From positions 1 to 28,529 of the forward strand of contig JANMLN010000101.1 of assembly GCA_031372565.1 (NCBI GenBank): a DNA stretch of 28,529 nucleotides, read 5' to 3'. Shown one piece after another: positions 9,543 through 18,124 of this stretch; within the stretch, counting starts at the first letter, position 1; every line of letters starts with the position of its first letter. Under the pieces are notes generated by a model, which was not told the DNA's origin, made no database searches, and was given only the letters and a program-made list of their open reading frames with translations. The stretch is from Gemmatimonadota bacterium. GTDB lineage: Bacteria; Gemmatimonadota; Gemmatimonadetes; Gemmatimonadales; Gemmatimonadaceae. A program made the position numbers and the translations under genes.

Positions 9543-9570
9543 AATGTACGGTGTGCCAAGGTGATGCGAA
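9543..9570 (-). promoter_or_regulatory. Putative sigma-70 promoter for the NYN leader transcript
   Basis: Minus strand reads TTCGCA-N16-TACATT just upstream of the hairpin. It overlaps a plus-strand TATAAT (9540-9545) that has no good -35. Confidence 0.4.
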
Positions 9571-9664
9571 AGGGGACTCCTTCCAATTCCCATCGTAACG
9601 ACTCGGCGCTTCGCGCGTCCTGAACGTGCGAAACTGACACGATTCGTTGCGCGTAGGGGGCCTT

Positions 9665-10906
9665 GTGACCTCGCTCCATTTCCGGAAGCGGCTGCTCGTC
9701 ATCCTCGCGCTGTTCGCGCTGGTTCCGACCGTGGCGGTAACCCTGCTCTGGTCGGGCTCGCTGCGCGGGGTGCTGCCGATGCTGGGAGCGAGCGCCGCAT
9801 GGGACTCGGTCGCGGCATCGGGTGACAAGGTCGCCGAAGTGATTCGCACGCAGCCGCAGTCCCCCGCGGTCGACAGCGCGCTGCGTCACCACGAAGCGCA
9901 GCTCGCCACGTCGCTCACGCAGGCCCGCCGGCTTCGCTACTTGATCGAGCGTGGCCTGCCGGTCATCGTCGTGCTGTCGGTGCTGGGACTGGGGGCGCTC
10001 GCCCTGCTCGTGTCGAACGTGGCCGGGCACCTCTCCCGACAGCTCTCGCGCCCCGTCGACGAGCTGGTGGGGTGGACCGACCTGATCGCGCAGGGGCAAC
10101 CGCTCCCCACGGAGCCGCCGGCCAAGGGGGCGCCAGAATTCGACACGCTGCGTCGCTCCATGCGCGGCATGGCCGCCGAGCTCGAGGCGGGGCGCGACCG
10201 ACTCGTGGAGCAGGAACGGCTGCGCTCATTCCGCGAAACGGCTCGGCAGGTGGCGCACGAGCTCAAGAATCCGCTCACCCCCATCCGCTTCGCGATCAGC
10301 CGGCTGCAGCGCGAAGCACCCGAGACGCTGCGGGAGCCGATCGAGGTGCTCGCCACCGAAGCGCAGCGACTCGACGACCTCGCCCGCGCCTTCGCGCAGT
10401 TCGGTCGCCTGCCCGACGGCCCCGCGTCGGCCGTGGACCTCGAGGAGTTGGCGCGCTACACCGCCCGGTCCACGGTGCCCGAGGGCATGCGCGTGGATGT
10501 GGAGGTCGCCGAGGGTGCGCCGGTCGTGGTGCACGGGCAGTACGACGCGCTGGCGCGCGCGCTGTCCAACATCATGCTCAACGCGGTGGACGCGTGCCGC
10601 GGCACATCCGGGGCCATTCACGTACGCATTGCGTCCGCGAACGGCGCACTCGGTGGACGCCCGGCGGTGTACCTCGCCGTCGAGGATCAGGGCTCCGGCA
10701 TCACGCCGGAGAAACTTCCGCGCATCTGGGACCCGTATGTCACTCACAAGCCCGGTGGTACCGGGCTCGGGCTCGCCATCGTGCGTCAGACGGTGCTCGC
10801 GCACGGCGGAGCGGTTTCGGCCGTGAGCGAACCCGGACGCGGCACGACCATCACGATCACCCTGCCCGTCGATCCCCCGTCCCTTTCCGCAGGCCGCACA
10901 CCGTGA
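9665..10906 (+). CDS. Membrane sensor histidine kinase, NtrY-like (2 TM, HAMP, HisKA, HATPase)
   Basis: H-box RQVAHELKNPLTPI, N-box NIMLNAVDA, G1 DQGSG, F-box region DPYVTHK and G2 GTGLGL; GTG at 9665 after AGGGGG. Confidence 0.9.
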   Translation: MTSLHFRKRLLVILALFALVPTVAVTLLWSGSLRGVLPMLGASAAWDSVAASGDKVAEVIRTQPQSPAVDSALRHHEAQLATSLTQARRLRYLIERGLPVIVVLSVLGLGALALLVSNVAGHLSRQLSRPVDELVGWTDLIAQGQPLPTEPPAKGAPEFDTLRRSMRGMAAELEAGRDRLVEQERLRSFRETARQVAHELKNPLTPIRFAISRLQREAPETLREPIEVLATEAQRLDDLARAFAQFGRLPDGPASAVDLEELARYTARSTVPEGMRVDVEVAEGAPVVVHGQYDALARALSNIMLNAVDACRGTSGAIHVRIASANGALGGRPAVYLAVEDQGSGITPEKLPRIWDPYVTHKPGGTGLGLAIVRQTVLAHGGAVSAVSEPGRGTTITITLPVDPPSLSAGRTP

Positions 10907-11187
10907 ACGAAGAAATCGTCGGCATCATCTTCGGAACCAGCATGCTGCCCGCCACGATCCTGGCGTTCTACTGGGGGCGGGCGCACCTCCGTCGCACGGA
11001 ACGCGCAGCGATCGCTCCGCCGCCGGTCAATGCCGAGGTACTCGAACGGCTCGATCGCATGGAGCAGGCCATCGACGCGGTCGCCATCGAAGTTGAGCGG
11101 ATCTCGGAAGGACAGCGTTTCACCAACCGCCTCATGTCCGAGCAGGCGCCGCGTGAAGCACTGCCGGCCAAGGGAGGAGTGTCATGA
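10903..11187 (+). CDS. Single-TM coiled-coil protein, paralog 1 (94 aa)
   Basis: GTGA overlap with the kinase stop; TM IVGIIFG...LAFYW; motif RLDRMEQAIDAVAIEVERISEGQRFTNRLMSE. It is the 3' part of ORF 10072..11187. Confidence 0.85.
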   Translation: MNEEIVGIIFGTSMLPATILAFYWGRAHLRRTERAAIAPPPVNAEVLERLDRMEQAIDAVAIEVERISEGQRFTNRLMSEQAPREALPAKGGVS

Positions 11188-11669
11188 CGAGTGCCACCAG
11201 TTTGGTGCTGGTGCGTGTCGCGCTGGAGGATGCACCGCAGGCGAAGGCCCCCACGCCCCCGTCTCCGCCCACCCCGCCCGACCAGCCGGGCCCGCCCGGC
11301 CCGCCCTCGCTCCCCGATATACATCCGAGCCCCGACGTCTTCATCGGCGTGCCAGGCGGCATACCGTTTGATCCGAACGTGATCGCGGGGCGCGTCGAGA
11401 GCATCGCCATCGCCTTCTTCTTCTCGATGGCGTTCATCATCGTCGGGTTGCCGCTGGTGCGCGCGTGGGCGCGGCGCATGGACCGCCGCGGCACCACGAG
11501 CAATCCCGCACTCCCCGCCGACCTGGGTGACCGACTCGTCCGCATCGAGCAGGCGGTCGAATCCATCGCCATCGAAGTGGAGCGCGTGGCCGAAGGGCAG
11601 CGCTTCACCACCAAGCTCCTCTCCGAACAGCGTGCGCCGGTTGCCCTCCCCCTCAAGGATCGTTCGTGA
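11184..11669 (+). CDS. Single-TM coiled-coil protein with Pro-rich N-terminus, paralog 2
   Basis: ATGA overlap; RBS GGAGGAG; motif RLVRIEQAVESIAIEVERVAEGQRFTTKLLSE. Confidence 0.85.
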   Translation: MTSATSLVLVRVALEDAPQAKAPTPPSPPTPPDQPGPPGPPSLPDIHPSPDVFIGVPGGIPFDPNVIAGRVESIAIAFFFSMAFIIVGLPLVRAWARRMDRRGTTSNPALPADLGDRLVRIEQAVESIAIEVERVAEGQRFTTKLLSEQRAPVALPLKDRS

Positions 11670-12115
11670 TGCCTCCCGTGCAGACACCAGGCCCCGCCAC
11701 CGCGCCGACCGCGCCAACCGCGCCAACACCGAAGCCGGTCATCGCCGGAGGCGCGGAGCAACCGCCCGCGCAGGAAGGGGGCACGTCGATGCCTCCCGAG
11801 ATTCCGGTGGACCCGAACAAGATTCCGGACGGTGCCGTCGCGATCTCGGTCGTCTTCTTCGTCTCGGTCGCGCTCGTCACCATCTTCCTGCCGATCGCAC
11901 GCGCCTTCGCGCGCCGCATGGATCGCAGCCACGCGCTCCCCGAGCGCGCCGGCGCCGACCCCGCGAGTGCGGAGCGCCTCGCCCGCATGGAGCAAGCGAT
12001 CGACTCGATCGCCATCGAGGTCGAGCGCATCTCCGAAGGTCAACGCTTCACCACCAAGTTGCTGAGCGAGCGCGCCGCCGAGCCGGCCGCGCTCCCAGGC
12101 CGGGAGCTCCGCTGA
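11669..12115 (+). CDS. Single-TM coiled-coil protein with Pro-rich N-terminus, paralog 3
   Basis: TGATG overlap (alternative GTG at 11666); motif RLARMEQAIDSIAIEVERISEGQRFTTKLLSE. Confidence 0.85.
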   Translation: MPPVQTPGPATAPTAPTAPTPKPVIAGGAEQPPAQEGGTSMPPEIPVDPNKIPDGAVAISVVFFVSVALVTIFLPIARAFARRMDRSHALPERAGADPASAERLARMEQAIDSIAIEVERISEGQRFTTKLLSERAAEPAALPGRELR

Positions 12116-12606
12116 TGGCGCAGTCCGCACCCAAGGCGCCCCAGGCGCCGTCGCCCCGACAGGGCGGTACCGAAGGCGCGACGCAAACCACGATCACGAC
12201 GACGCCCGAAGGCAAGGTGATCGTCACGTCGGGCGAGGCGCAGGAACCAGCGGTCGCGCCGGAGGCCGTCATTACCGTGCCGCCGCAGCTGCCGTACGAT
12301 CCGAATGCGGGTCCGCCACCGGGCGTGGTCACCATGACTCTGGCGTTCTTCTTCACGGTCGCGATCTGCGTCATCGGGCTGCCCATCGCGCGAGCCTACG
12401 CGCGTCGCATGGACCGCTCACACGCCATCCCTGACCGCGCCGGCTCCGACCCCGAGCTGACGCAGCGCTTCGCCCGCATGGAGCAGGCCGTCGACTCGAT
12501 CGCCATCGAGGTCGAGCGCATCTCCGAGGGCCAGCGCTTCACCACCAAGCTGCTCAGCGAGGCGCCCAAGGGCGACGCGGTCGAGCGGCGCATCGGCCAG
12601 GGATGA
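12115..12606 (+). CDS. Single-TM coiled-coil protein with Pro/Thr-rich N-terminus, paralog 4 (163 aa)
   Basis: TGATG overlap at 12113-12117; motif RFARMEQAVDSIAIEVERISEGQRFTTKLLSE. It is the 3' part of ORF 11527..12606. Confidence 0.85.
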   Translation: MAQSAPKAPQAPSPRQGGTEGATQTTITTTPEGKVIVTSGEAQEPAVAPEAVITVPPQLPYDPNAGPPPGVVTMTLAFFFTVAICVIGLPIARAYARRMDRSHAIPDRAGSDPELTQRFARMEQAVDSIAIEVERISEGQRFTTKLLSEAPKGDAVERRIGQG

Positions 12607-12616
12607 GGGACCGCTG

Positions 12617-14050
12617 ATGCCGACGGTCCTCATCATCGACGACGAACCGAACATCCGCCGCATGGTGGGCGCGGTGCTCGCGGCCGAGGGGTACGAAGTG
12701 CGGGAAGCGGCCGATGGACCCGCCGGCATCGCCTCGGCGAAGGAACAGGAGCCGGACGCGATTCTCCTCGACCTCATGATGCCCGGCGAGCCCAGCGGAC
12801 TGGGGGTGCTCAGCGCGCTCAAGCAGGCGTCACCCGACGTCCCGGTCGTCATGATGAGCGGCAAGGCCGGCCTCACCGATGCCGTGCAGGCCACGCGACT
12901 GGGCGCCGTGAACTTCCTCGAGAAGCCGCTCTCGCCCGAGGCGGTGTTGCTGTCGCTCTCGACCGCCATGGAGCTGCGCGCCGCCAAGCGCGAAGCGCGT
13001 TCGCTCCGCGCCGACCTGGGGCTCGACGGTGTGATGGTCGGCGAGTCGGCGGCGATGCGCGAGCTGCGCGCCCTCATCGCGCAGGTGGCGCCCACGGACG
13101 CGCGCGTCCTGATCACCGGCGAATCGGGAACGGGCAAGGAGCTGGTGGCGGCCGCGCTGCACGCCGCCAGTCCGCGCCGCGACCGCCCGCTCGTGCGCGT
13201 GAATTGCGCCGCGATCCCGCGTGACCTGGTCGAGAGCGAGATGTTCGGGCACGAGAAGGGCGCCTTCACCGGCGCGGCGGAGCGCCGCATCGGCCGCTTC
13301 GAGCTCGCGCACACGGGCACGCTCTTCCTCGACGAGGTGGGCGACCTGGGGGCCGAAGCGCAGGCCAAGCTGCTGCGCGCCCTCGAAGCGCGCGAGATCG
13401 AGCGCCTGGGCGGCGGCAAGCCGATCCGGGTGGACGTGCGCATCGTGGCGGCGACGAACAAGGATCTGCGCGGTGCCACGGCCACGGGGGGCTTTCGCGA
13501 AGACCTGCTCTTCCGCCTCGACGTGATTCCGATGCACCTCTCGCCGCTCCGGGAACGGGCGGAAGATGTGCCCGCGCTCATCGCGCACTTCGCGCGGCTG
13601 CAGCGTGCACGCACGGGGCGCGCCTCGATCACCTGGAGCAACGACGCGCTGGGCGAGATGACGAGCTATCGGTGGCCCGGCAATGTGCGCGAGTTGGCGA
13701 ACATCGTGGAGCGGCTCTCGATCCTGCACGCCGGCGGGACGGTGGGTCCCAACGAAGTGCGTGCCGTCCTCACCGGCGCTTCGGCCAACGGCGCTACGCC
13801 GGCGGCGGTCACCACGGGGTCGAGCACACCGCCGGGAGGCGTGTCCCGCATGACGCCCTCGTCGGTGGCCGCGTACGCACAGCTCCCCCTGTCCGACGCA
13901 CTCGACGACTTCGAGCGGACGCTCATTCAGCGGGCGGTGCAGGCCGCGAGCGGCAACATTGCGGAGGCCGCGCGCCGTCTCCAGACCGACCGACCCAACC
14001 TCTACCGTCGCATGCGCCGGCTCGGCATCGCCAGCGGGGCCATGGAGTGA
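12617..14050 (+). CDS. Sigma-54-dependent response regulator, NtrC/NtrX family (REC, AAA+, Fis-HTH)
   Basis: IIDDE, LLDLMMP, FLEKP, GESGTGKE, intact GAFTGA, FLDEV, WPGNVREL and HTH GNIAEAARRLQTDRPNLYRRM. Confidence 0.94.
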   Translation: MPTVLIIDDEPNIRRMVGAVLAAEGYEVREAADGPAGIASAKEQEPDAILLDLMMPGEPSGLGVLSALKQASPDVPVVMMSGKAGLTDAVQATRLGAVNFLEKPLSPEAVLLSLSTAMELRAAKREARSLRADLGLDGVMVGESAAMRELRALIAQVAPTDARVLITGESGTGKELVAAALHAASPRRDRPLVRVNCAAIPRDLVESEMFGHEKGAFTGAAERRIGRFELAHTGTLFLDEVGDLGAEAQAKLLRALEAREIERLGGGKPIRVDVRIVAATNKDLRGATATGGFREDLLFRLDVIPMHLSPLRERAEDVPALIAHFARLQRARTGRASITWSNDALGEMTSYRWPGNVRELANIVERLSILHAGGTVGPNEVRAVLTGASANGATPAAVTTGSSTPPGGVSRMTPSSVAAYAQLPLSDALDDFERTLIQRAVQAASGNIAEAARRLQTDRPNLYRRMRRLGIASGAME

Positions 14051-14058
14051 CGTCGGCG

Positions 14059-14190
14059 CGACACGGGCGTGTCGTGTCGAGCGCTGTGCCGCTTTCGGGA
14101 CAGCGACACGCGGCCCGAAGGTTTGAACTGACGCAACTCGTTGCCGGGCCATCGTTTGAGGCTCAGGGCGCGCCGTGGTACGCGTCGTGC
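14059..14190 (+). promoter_or_regulatory. Putative sigma-54 promoter with upstream enhancer-like palindromes and an IHF-like site
   Basis: -24/-12 element TGGTACGCGTCGTGC (GG-N10-GC) at 14176-14190; IHF-like CAA-N4-TTG at about 14131-14143; palindromes CGACACG-GG-CGTGTCG (14059-14074) and GCTGTGCCG-CTTT-CGGGACAGC (14083-14104). Confidence 0.6.
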
Positions 14191-14225
14191 CTTTGAAGAG
14201 TGTGACCCGTAATGGAGACGCTGTG

Positions 14226-15998
14226 ATGCGATCGATGACCTGGGCCGCCGTGGCGGCCATCGGTGTGTTGTCCGGTGTGAGCGCTGCCGCGCACGCGCAG
14301 GACCGCGAGGAGTACCGCAGCCGCCGGTCGGTGCCGGCGAGCGTGGCAACGGAGCTGGTGGACGTGTACAACGCCGAGCTGACGCGACGGCTGCGCGGGC
14401 CGGCCACCATCGAGGAAGACGAGGACATCCGCGGCGACGTGGCCGTGCTCGACGGCACGCTCACGGTGCGCGGTGTCGTCCGCGGCCGGATCGTGGCGAT
14501 CAACGCCAACATCCGGCTCGCGCGCGGCGCCCGCGTGGAGGGCGACGTCCTGATTGGTGGCGGCTACCTCGAGGGACGGAGCGACGGCTGGATCGGCGGC
14601 GAAGTCCGCACCTACGCCGACCGCGTGGCCTATCGGCGCGACGGCGCATTGCTCGCCGCCGAAGAGGGACGCGACCAGGACCTCGCGTGGTGGAGCGACT
14701 TCAAGACGCGGAACGGCACGCGGACGTCGGTTAACTTCGGCGGCGCGAGCACGTACAACCGCGTCGAGGGACTGCCGCTCAATCTGGGGCCGCAGATCCG
14801 CACCGACTTCAACGGCGGCCGGTTCATGCTCGATGCGCAGGTGGTGTTCCGCACGATTCAGGGCTGGGAGTGGAACCCGCAGACGGTCGGGCACAAGGTG
14901 CGCACCGAGTTGCGCCTCGGCACGCGCAATGGCATCGCCCTCGGTGGCCGCGTGTTCAACGTCGTCGACGGCGTGGAATCGTGGCAGATGCCGGACGCCG
15001 AAGTGGGGCTCGCCTCCTTCCTGCTGCAGCGTGACTATCGCGACTACTACGTGCGGCACGGCGGGCAGGTCTATGCCCGACTGTTCGCCGGCGACGGTGG
15101 TGAAGTCACCTTCGGCTATGGCCAGGAGCTGTGGCGCAACGCGCAGCTCACCAACGTCTTCGCGCTCTTCAAGAACGACGGCGGCTGGCGCGCCCTGCCG
15201 ACGATGGACGAGGCCGACGTGCACTTGAGCACCGTCCGGTGGCAGCTCGACACGCGCAACGATCTCGATGATCCGACCAATGGGTGGTGGATCCAGGCCG
15301 ACTACGAGCGCGGTGCCGGCGCGATCCGGCGCATCGGGAGCGCGAACCCCGCTCTGTACTCGTCGGTGCCGTACACCGACATCACCTACCAGCGCGGCTT
15401 CGTCGACTTCCGCCGCTACACGCGCGTGGGGCCGGACGCGCAGCTCAACTTCCGCTTCGTCGGCGGTGGCATGCTGCCCGGCAGCGACCCGCTCCCGATG
15501 CAGCGCAAGCTGTCGGTGTCGGGCCCGGGCTCACTGGCCGGCTTCGGTTTCCGCGAAGGGCTGCCCGGCGAAGTGAACATCAGTGAGTGCACGACCACCG
15601 TGCTCGCCGGTACGCCGGCCAACTGCGACCGCATGATGCTTGCCCAGATCGAGTTCAAGGGCTCGCTCAACTTCAACCTGTTCAACGACCTCTTCGATCA
15701 TTACGACGCGGGGTTCGGTGAGCGGAGCCGTGGTCGCGTGGCTGCGCGGGCAAAGAAGTCGTCGCGGATACGCAGCGGGCACTGGGTGCTGTTTGCGGAC
15801 GCGGGCCGCGGGTGGTTGGTGGGCGGTGTGCCGGCCGCGGGGCTCACCTTCAACGGGCAGGTGCCTGCGTTCTCGACCTTCCGCACGGACGCCGGCGTCG
15901 GCTTCGATTTCGGCCCGGTCGGCATCTACTACGCCAAGTCGGTGTCGGATCAGGCACGTCCGGGGGTGTTCTTCCTGCGGCTCCAGTCGCGCTTCTAG
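14226..15998 (+). CDS. Outer-membrane beta-barrel protein (Omp85/BamA-TamA-like) with N-terminal bactofilin-like beta-helix
   Basis: Signal peptide ending AHA-Q; repeats GDVAVLDGTLTVRGVVRGRIVAINANIRL..GARVEGDV; YNRVEG, LDTRN..DPTNGW and LFADAG; terminal beta-signal FFLRLQSRF; RBS GGAG. Confidence 0.78.
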   Translation: MRSMTWAAVAAIGVLSGVSAAAHAQDREEYRSRRSVPASVATELVDVYNAELTRRLRGPATIEEDEDIRGDVAVLDGTLTVRGVVRGRIVAINANIRLARGARVEGDVLIGGGYLEGRSDGWIGGEVRTYADRVAYRRDGALLAAEEGRDQDLAWWSDFKTRNGTRTSVNFGGASTYNRVEGLPLNLGPQIRTDFNGGRFMLDAQVVFRTIQGWEWNPQTVGHKVRTELRLGTRNGIALGGRVFNVVDGVESWQMPDAEVGLASFLLQRDYRDYYVRHGGQVYARLFAGDGGEVTFGYGQELWRNAQLTNVFALFKNDGGWRALPTMDEADVHLSTVRWQLDTRNDLDDPTNGWWIQADYERGAGAIRRIGSANPALYSSVPYTDITYQRGFVDFRRYTRVGPDAQLNFRFVGGGMLPGSDPLPMQRKLSVSGPGSLAGFGFREGLPGEVNISECTTTVLAGTPANCDRMMLAQIEFKGSLNFNLFNDLFDHYDAGFGERSRGRVAARAKKSSRIRSGHWVLFADAGRGWLVGGVPAAGLTFNGQVPAFSTFRTDAGVGFDFGPVGIYYAKSVSDQARPGVFFLRLQSRF

Positions 15999-16007
15999 GC
16001 GACCCGC

Positions 16008-16664
16008 GTGATCCTCCGTCTGCGCGCGCTGCTGTTGGGCCTCGCGCTGGGGGCGCCGCTCGTCGCGGCGCGCCCGGCAGAGGCGCAGGACATCGTGCTG
16101 GAGCTGATGCTGGCGCCGGCCGGGCAGCAGCGCACGGCCGGACCGGTGCTGGCGCAGCGTGGCGCGCTTGACGACGCCGATCTGCGCGAGCGGCTCAAGA
16201 ATGGATTCCCGGCGCGGCTCCACTTCAAGACGGAGCTCTGGGGGACGGGTCGCTGGTTCAACGATCTCGAGGGGACCTTCGAGTGGGACGTGATCGTGCG
16301 CTACGATCCGCTCGAGAAGGTGTACGCCGTCGTGCGGGCGAGTCGTGACCGGGTCAGCGTGCTGGGCCGCTTCGACCGGTTCGTGGACGCGCAGGCGACG
16401 GTGGAGCAGCCGTATCGCATTCCGCTGGTGCCGAGCAGGCAGGACAGCTACTACTACATCACGCGCCTCGAAATCGAGACGCTGTCGATATCGGACCTGA
16501 ACGAAGTGGAGTCCTGGCTCAAGGGCGACTTCAATCCGGCCGTGCGCGGCGACAAGGGGGCCGGTACGGCGCTCGGCCGCGGAGTGCGCAGCCTGATGCT
16601 GCGACTGCTCGGCGGGAACAAGAAGCAGGTCGAGACGCGGAGCGGCACGTTCAGTCCGCAGTAG
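16008..16664 (+). CDS. DUF4390-like exported protein
   Basis: Signal peptide ending AEA-Q; LRERLKNGFPARLHF..ELW...WF and VRYDPLEKVY resemble DUF4390, a family known to neighbour NtrY/NtrX-like genes. Confidence 0.65.
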   Translation: MILRLRALLLGLALGAPLVAARPAEAQDIVLELMLAPAGQQRTAGPVLAQRGALDDADLRERLKNGFPARLHFKTELWGTGRWFNDLEGTFEWDVIVRYDPLEKVYAVVRASRDRVSVLGRFDRFVDAQATVEQPYRIPLVPSRQDSYYYITRLEIETLSISDLNEVESWLKGDFNPAVRGDKGAGTALGRGVRSLMLRLLGGNKKQVETRSGTFSPQ

Positions 16665-16670
16665 ACTCGC

Positions 16671-17807
16671 CTACCAGTGGTTGACGCGCTCCAGCGTGCC
16701 GACGACGAGTGGACTCGTGCCTTCCACCTGCACGTATCGGTCGAACGCCGCCGCCGTCGCGCAGGCGTGGTTGGGGAGGATGCGCAGCAGCGTCCCCACG
16801 GGTAGCTCGGGCATCGGACGCGCGTCGCCCTCGCGGCGCCCGATGATCCCGTGCTCCTGGCTGCCCGAGAGCATGAGCAGGCCATCGAGCGGGCGGCCGG
16901 CGTCATCGCAGACCACACCATACAGCTGATCGACCGGCTGCGCGCTGGTGCCGCGGTCACGCGAGAGCGCCATCCAGCCGCCGTCGGTGATGATCCAGCC
17001 CTTCGACGGTTGGTGGCCGATCACGCTCACGAGCACGCTGATCGCGATCTCGTCGAGGGCGCACACACCGATCCCCGCCATGACGAGGTCCTGGAAGACG
17101 TACACGCCGGCGCGCACTTCGGTCACGCCGGTCAGGTCGTCGGCAAAGAGCGCCGTCGGCGTGGAGCCGACGCTGACGATGTCGCAACTGTGCCCGTCGG
17201 CGCGGAGGCGCGTGGCGGCGTGCACGACCGCGTCGCGTTCGGCGCGCGCAGCGTCGCGCCGCGACTCCGGGGTGCGCGCGTAGTACGACTGCCCCGCGTG
17301 CGTCATCACACCGCGCAGGCGGGCGCCGTGTGCCTTGAGCGCGCGCGCGATCTCGAGCAGCGCCGCGCTGCCCGGGTCGATGCCGGCGCGGTGTCCGTCG
17401 GCGTCGATCTCGATGAGGACGTCGAACGGATCGCGTGCGGCGCGCGCGGCGGCGCCCACGGCCTGTGCCGCGTCGATCGAGTCGAGGATGACCATGACGC
17501 GCGCTCCGCGGCGCCGCAGGTCGTGCACGTGCGCGAGCTTGTTGGGCGCGATGCCGACCGCGTAGAGGATGTCGGTCATCCCCTCGGCGCAGCATGCCTC
17601 GGCTTCGCGGAGCGTTGAGACAGTCACGGGGCCCGTGGCAGCGCCGAGCATGGCGCGCACGAGTGCAGGCGCCTTGGCCGTCTTCACGTGCGGGCGGAGG
17701 GTCACGCCGAGCGGTGTGAGGTGGGTGCGCATCCGTTCCGTGTTGCGGTGCATGCGCGCCATGTCGAGGAGGAGTGCGGGCGTCTCGAGGTCGCGGATGG
17801 TCGGCAT
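16671..17807 (-). CDS. DSD1-family PLP enzyme (D-serine dehydratase / D-threonine aldolase-like, alanine racemase fold)
   Basis: LETPALLLD, RPHVKT (PLP Lys), VSVGSTPT, EVRAGVYVFQD, SQEHG and PNHAC. Start set at ATG 17807 because the upstream extension is repeat DNA. Confidence 0.9.
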   Translation of the reverse strand: MPTIRDLETPALLLDMARMHRNTERMRTHLTPLGVTLRPHVKTAKAPALVRAMLGAATGPVTVSTLREAEACCAEGMTDILYAVGIAPNKLAHVHDLRRRGARVMVILDSIDAAQAVGAAARAARDPFDVLIEIDADGHRAGIDPGSAALLEIARALKAHGARLRGVMTHAGQSYYARTPESRRDAARAERDAVVHAATRLRADGHSCDIVSVGSTPTALFADDLTGVTEVRAGVYVFQDLVMAGIGVCALDEIAISVLVSVIGHQPSKGWIITDGGWMALSRDRGTSAQPVDQLYGVVCDDAGRPLDGLLMLSGSQEHGIIGRREGDARPMPELPVGTLLRILPNHACATAAAFDRYVQVEGTSPLVVGTLERVNHW

Positions 17808-17819
17808 GCTGCAATGTAC

Positions 17820-18124
17820 GTCGTCCTGAGCGAAGCGAAGGACCTGCTTTTTGTCGTCCTGAGCGCAGCGAAGGACCTGCGTGTCGTCCTGAGCGAAGCG
17901 AAGGACCTGCGTGTCGTCCTGAGCGAAGCGAAGGACCTGCGTGTCGTCCTGAGCGAAGCGAAGGACCTGCTTGTGCCGTGTCTTCCTGAGCGAACCAAAG
18001 GACCTGCTTGTCGTCCTGAGCGAAGCGAAGGACCTGCTTGTGCCGTGTCTTCCTGAGCGAACCAAAGGACCTGCTTGTGCCGTGCCGTCCGGAAAAGCAG
18101 GTTCTTCGCTTCGCTCAGAACGAC
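17820..18124. repeat. Tandem array of 8 direct copies plus 1 inverted copy of the 28-bp REP-like arm
   Basis: Copies of GTCGTCCTGAGCGAAGCGAAGGACCTGC start at about 17820, 17853, 17883, 17913, 17943, 17980, 18010 and 18047, with 2-9 bp linkers. The inverted copy is at about 18097-18124. Confidence 0.93.

Noticed and set aside
10072..12606. ORFs 10072..11187 and 11527..12606 as long proteins
   Set aside because: Only their 3' parts, from coupled starts at 10903 and 12115, look coding. The rest overlaps real genes in another frame.
17820..18124. CRISPR array
   Set aside because: Linkers are only 2-9 bp and are repeated rather than unique. There are no cas genes, and the same unit occurs as inverted doublets elsewhere in the window.
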